Positions 58,284-64,000 of a DNA stretch of 64,000 nt are shown here, piece after piece (position 1 is the stretch's first letter; every line of letters begins with the position of its first letter). The position numbers and the translations under genes are program-made. The stretch is from Anolis carolinensis. Taxonomy: Eukaryota. The DNA lies in NCBI RefSeq assembly GCF_035594765.1, contig NC_085846.1:8171190-8235189 (forward strand). Reading direction: 5' to 3'. The notes under the pieces were generated by a model. It was not told where the DNA came from, ran no database searches, and worked only from the letters and a program-made list of their open reading frames with translations.

Positions 58284-58689
58284 CTGGTAGCTGTAATATG
58301 ACTCCCCTTCTACACTGCCATATAAAATCTAGATTAGCTGCTTTGAACTGGATTGTATGGCAGTGTAGACACACACATTCCAGTTCAAAGCAGATAATGT
58401 GCATTATCTGCTTTGATAATATGGATTATATGGCAGTGTAGAAGGGTCCTGAATGTCCTTCCAGACAGGCTAAGCAGGGATTAGAATCCTGGTTGGTTCC
58501 ATGCTCAAACCACAACATTATGCAGAGTCTCAGGACCCTTCCAGGCAGGCCTATATCCCAGGATCTGATCCTAGGTTTTCTGTTTATCCTAGATTATCTG
58601 GCAGTGGAGATTCATATAATCCAGTTTAAAGCAGAAAACCTGGGATCAGATCCTGGGATATAGGACCTGTCTGGATGGGCACTGAAACT

Positions 58690-58905
58690 CAGTGTAATGT
58701 CGTGGTCTGAGCATGGAACTGACCAGGATTTGAAACCCTGCTCAGCCATGGAAACTCACTGGGGGATCTTGAGTAAGTCACACTCTCTCAGCCTCAGAGG
58801 AAGGCAAAGCAAACTCCCTCTGGGAAAAATCTGCCAAATAAACCCCATGATAGTTTAACTTTAGAATCACCATAGTTCACCAATTATTTGAAGGCACACA
58901 ACATG
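58690..58905 (+). mobile_element. SINE with Bov-B-like tail
   Basis: ctcagccatggaaactcactggg...aagtcacactctctcagcctcag...ttgaaggcacacaac. Confidence 0.6.
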
Positions 58906-61900
58906 GACCCATGAGTCCCTGTATTGGGAGAAAGTCAGGATAAAAACTAAAGTAAATACCTATTTTTGCTTGCTACCAGCAGGAGGTAGGAGAAACATCA
59001 CTCAGGGCCATTCCACACAGCCATATAACCCAGAATATCAAGGCAGAAAATCCTACAATATCTGCTTTGAACTGGGTTATCTGAGTTCACACTGCCATAT
59101 ATTCCAGTTCAAAGCAGATAATGCGGGATTTTTTTCAGCTGTGTGGAAAGGGCCTCACTGTGGAGACAGTTGGAAAAAATGATTGAGGACAATGTTACAA
59201 TTTAGTAGCAACAGCCCACAAAGATTCCTTTCTAGACTGCCATATAAAATCCAAATTATCTGCCTTGAACTGGATTATGCGGCAGTGTAGACTCATATAA
59301 TCCAGTTCAAAGCATGTAATGTAGATTATCTGCTTTGATAATCTAGACTATATGGCACCGTAGAAGTGGCCAAAGTTGTTGTGCTGGGATATTTTGATTA
59401 GCAGGGATGACTAGATCATCTCTCAGGCCCCTTCTGCACTGCCATATAATCCAGATTGTCAAAGCAGATAATCTGGATTTTATATGGCAGTGTAGAAGGG
59501 GCCTCAGTCCTTTTAGGCTCCCCAAAACATTGCCTTCAACCAGAACAGTAGTTGAGTGTTAATGGATTGTTTCCAAAACCTATTTGTCATGAGAAGTATA
59601 ACATGTTGGAGTGATTAAAGGTGGGCAGTTAAGATCCAGCAGCTTTACAAAATATGTGCTCCTGAGAATGATGAAAAGTTTGGTTGGTATGGATTAAAAC
59701 AGCTACCTAAATTTAAAAACAGCATGACCCACCAAATATGCGGAGGATGTGTCTCCAGACTTTGTGTCGATATGCAAAATCACAGATAATAGCAAACATA
59801 ATTGAAGTAAAGGTCTCTAGGCCCAGAAATAGTACAGAGTCATGCTGGAGAACCTACCAAGTGCCTAGAAAGGACATAGATTGTTGAAGTGGATAAATGA
59901 AACTTGGGATACCAAGTCCCATGGATTTGGACTCATACTGTATTCTCTTTGGCTGTCATAGTAAATGTTTGCACTTGAAAATGTACTACTACATCACTAT
60001 TTGGAAGTGGTGTGATGCAAAAATCCTATATAGTATAACCCCCTCATCCATGGATTTAATATCCATGGTTTCATTTACCCACATTGCAGTAAGGTATGCT
60101 TCCTATTCAAACGTATTCAAAATATAGGGTTCACTTGAAAGCTAAACAAAGCCTCCTCCCATAAATGCAGTTTGACGTTTCTGAAGCTATTTGTAGTCTG
60201 CAACCTCAAATTCCAGGATAATGTGCCAGTTTTCCAGGTGCCACGGGACCTCTTGTTGTTGTGGTTTTCTTGCAACAGAGCTATTCCTTTCGAAATTGTT
60301 TGCGGCACAGTTCTTGCTAATGAGCCATTCCCCTGCCCCCAGAGGCTGCTTTCTTATTCTTTTTGCTGTTATCATCTCTCCTTCCCAGTCCTGACCTTTG
60401 TTCTTTTCTGTTCTGGCTGATATGATGATAAAAGAGTCAAGGTGCTCCCCAAAGATTGGACTTCATCCCCACATTGCAAGAGAAGGTGCAGGATCAGCAG
60501 AGAGAATGTGACAAACAAGGGGAATTGGGGACAATGAACAGAAGGGATGGAACATGGTGCGGGGGAAGAAGGAAGCAGAATAGCAAGGCACAAAGGGTGT
60601 GTGTGCCAAAAAGTTTTGTCATTTCAGTCCTCATTTTATTTCAGTTGCTTTTCTCCTTTTGCCAGCTGTCTCATTTCTTCCTTTTTGATTAAACTCTCCA
60701 ATCTCCTGAGACTTAAAACACACACACAGGGTGCATCTACACTACGGAATGAATGCGATTTGACATCTCTTTAACTGCCATGGCTCAATACTATGGAATC
60801 CTGACATTTCTATTTTGCTAAAGCAACAACACTCTGTGGCAGAGAAGGCTAAATATGTTGTAGATCTACAACTCCCATGATTCAACAGCATTGAGCCATG
60901 GAAGTTAAAGTGATGATAAACTGTATTAATTTTACAATGTAGATGCACCCTTGATTTAAATTTTGGAATCTCCTAAAACACACACACAGTGGGTGCATTT
61001 AGACTATATAATTAAAGCCTGACTCCAATTTAACTGCCATGGCTCCATGCTATGAAATCCTGGGAGTTGTAGTTTGCTGAGGCACTGGCCCTCTTTAGCT
61101 AAAGATCTTGTAAAACTACAGCTTCCAGGATTTTACAGCATTGAGTGATGAGAAAGTCAAACTGCATTGATTCTTCAGTGTAGATGCTCCCACAGACACA
61201 CACAAAGCAAAATAGCCATCAATTTTTCTCACATATTTATGTACATGAAATGCCCCGATATCTGAAGAAATAAAAAATGAAAGTAATTAATGAAATTGAC
61301 TGTGTATATTGATCAAAATTTGGCTAAACTGAAGCACTCCACAGTGAATCACAGTATGTGGATTAGCAGAAAATATGTCAATGGTAGAAAGATTGCTATT
61401 ATTTCCCAAGGACAGCTTGGTGTATGTATACTTTTTCAGCATGCCCCCTTATCATAAAGGCCCAGGCTGAAGGGCAGCAAGTTATCTTTTACATACTGAG
61501 ACAGTTTACAGTACTTCAGGGAGAAATCTGGCTCTCATGTGAGGCTTTTTGCAATCTGAAATACCATAAGAAAGTGCCATCGTGGGAAGGAAGAAATTTA
61601 ACAGAAATTCAAAGTGTAGTGTTTTTAGAAGATTACTTATTTAATTTTTTAAAAAACTTTGTAATTATACATTTTAATTGTGTTTTGCTTCAAACTATAT
61701 TGTAAGTCCCCTTGGGTCCCAGTTGAATAAATATTGAGGGGAAATCAGATAGAATCCAAATCTGACTTTGTTTGCATGCAGTTTTAGGAGTACAGTGCCC
61801 CTCCATATTCATGGATTCAACCACTCACAACTTGAAATTTTTCCCTGAAAAATTTCCCAGAAACAAGTGTTTATTTTGGCATTTTATGGAAGGGAAACCA

Positions 61901-63057
61901 TTTGCTACAACATTGTATATAATGGGACTTGAGCATCCACAAATTTGGGTATCCCCATGAGGTCCTGGGAACCAAACCCCAGGGGATACCAAGAACCTAC
62001 TGTAATTAGAAGGAGAAAATATATAATAATGTTAATGAAGAACAATATTATTATCTTGTTTTTCTCTTTCTTCCCCTTCTATCATTAAGCAGGCATCAAC
62101 TTATAATAACCCTGAATTTAAGATCAGAAGTAAGGTAAAGGTTTCCCCTGATGTTAAGTCCAGTCATGTCTGACTCTGGGGGTTGGTGCACATCTCAATT
62201 TCTAAGCCGAAGAGCCGGCATTGTCCGTGGACACCTCCAAGGTCATGTGGCTGGCATGACTGCATGGAGTGCCGTTACCTTTCTGCTGGAGCAGTACCTA
62301 TTGATCTACTCACATTGGCATGTTTTCGAACTGCTAGGTTGGCAGAAGCTGGAGTTAACAGTGGGCACTCACTCCGCTCCTGGGATTTGAACCTGGGATC
62401 TTTCAGTCTGCAAGTTCAGCAGCTCAGTGCTTTAACACACTTCGCCACCAGGGCTTCAAAGTCAGAAAGACACCTGAATTTAAAGTTTTTAAAATTTGTC
62501 CTCTATCATTACAACATGGAGTTTGTGCTGACACTTCAAACTATTTGGACAAATAAAGAGTGAAATGATAAGATATATAAAATGATGATCAGATTTAGAC
62601 ATCCTTTACTAAGATTATGCAATACAAGAGAAATTTTGGTGTTTTTTTTTTCTTTTCAGAAAGTATGCACCAATTGACTCAAGAAATTACCTGCCTCAAG
62701 ATTTCACAAAAATGAGTGGCAGTCTGGAAATAGGCTACAAATCCCTTAGGGTGTATGTACACTGTAGAATGGATGCAGTTTGACACCACTTTCTGCCATG
62801 GCTGGATTCTATGGAACCATGGGACTTGTAGTTTAGGGAGGTACCAGCACTTTTGGGCAGAGAGGCTTCAACAGATCTTGCAAAACCACAACTCCCATGA
62901 TTCCATAGCATTGACTCATGGCAGCTAAAGTGAGGTCAAACTATTATTTTTACAGGGTAGATGCACCCTTAGTTTCTTGTAATGAAGGCTCATATAAACT
63001 GATATATACAGGTCTGGTACAGAGCTGGTGTCACTGCTTTAAATTCGTTCCAACTAA

Positions 63058-64000
63058 TGTATATTCCTCGCCCTGAAACAGTGAATGGACAGAACACGAT
63101 GGCTGTTATCTAACATGAGGAAGGCAGAAAGCTAAGCAGAGATGAGTGAGTCTCCGTTTGCATGGGAAGAAGAGGGAGCGATGAAAATTGGATCTTTTGA
63201 CTGAATCAGCTATTGATGTGAGCAGGAAGGTAAGGGAGGAAGGAGGAGTCTGGCTCTATGTCTCCTGGAATCAAGGACTGACCCCCACCACACCCTTAGT
63301 CCGGCAGAAGCCGGTTCAGGTTCAGGCACATGAGCAACCCAGAGAGAGAAAAACACAAGAAGAGGGGAGCGGGGAGAGAGAAGGAACTGAGCTGAGGAAG
63401 GGAATGAGAAGCCAAGACGTTTGGTGTGAAAAAATCTCAGCCGGAACAAGGAAACGAGCTTATCAACAACAATCCAAAGGAGAGAAAGCCAGCTGCGATG
63501 AGAGAATAGCCTGGCAAAGAACACTCCAGGGATCTCTTTACAAAACTAGCCAGAAGGAAGATCTAAGATAGTGCTGCTGATTAGAATGACTCTGTGATAG
63601 ACGCGTGGGAGCTGAACAAACAAGATCAAACCAGTCGCTTTCCTTACGCTATTGTGACTCTCCTCCTAGACTTCAGGGGAAACTTTGCAGAAGGAAACGG
63701 TCAAAACGAGAGAAAGAAAGGAATTCCTCGCCATCAGAGGCTGTGATTGGAGCCTCAACCTCATAGACAGGAAGATCAGCTTGGACCAAAAATGGTTAAC
63801 TACTAGCACATATATACCAAAGGGCAATAGAGAGATCCAGCTCAATCTTAGCAGAATTGGTGTGAGAACCAAGGTAGGTTGAACTAGAATTAAGAAAGAG
63901 ATACAAGTAGTTTGGATATCCGAGAGAAGGACTAGTTCTGAAAGGTAATTGGAACACTTTGATTCTCAAAATAGAAGCCCAGTATCAAAGTCTATACAAA
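63058..64000 (+). mobile_element. Possible LTR, truncated by the window edge
   Basis: Begins with TGTA, then an abrupt shift to purine-rich, CpG-retaining non-coding sequence; the 3' end and TSD are not visible. Confidence 0.3.

Noticed and set aside
60117-63882. Short ORFs as SLC7A8 or another next gene
   Set aside because: No recognisable transporter sequence or exon chain; the next gene probably lies beyond the window

Overview
Vertebrate genomic DNA, almost certainly a squamate (lizard; Anolis-like from its Sauria SINE, SPIN, Penelope, Vingi, CR1 and L2 repeats; species is inferred). The genes match the human 14q11.2 block in inverted orientation: PABPN1 (-, exons 1-2 only), PPP1R3E (+, 2 coding exons, 310 aa), HOMEZ (+, 487 aa) and RNF212B (-, 15 coding exons, ~311 aa). 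Two differences from the human order stand out. An intact 4-coding-exon Twisted gastrulation paralogue (216 aa, all 24 Cys conserved) lies between PPP1R3E and HOMEZ, and no BCL2L2 is visible between PABPN1 and PPP1R3E. The rest is dense with transposons: an L2 LINE with an open 987-codon EN/RT frame in sense orientation inside an RNF212B intron, Penelope-type ends with minimal hammerhead ribozyme motifs, a four-copy nest of one mariner-like MITE, and several fold-back inverted duplications. Exon boundaries were read by hand from GT/AG sites, phase and recalled orthologue sequences. No database searches were run, and repeat boundaries are approximate.
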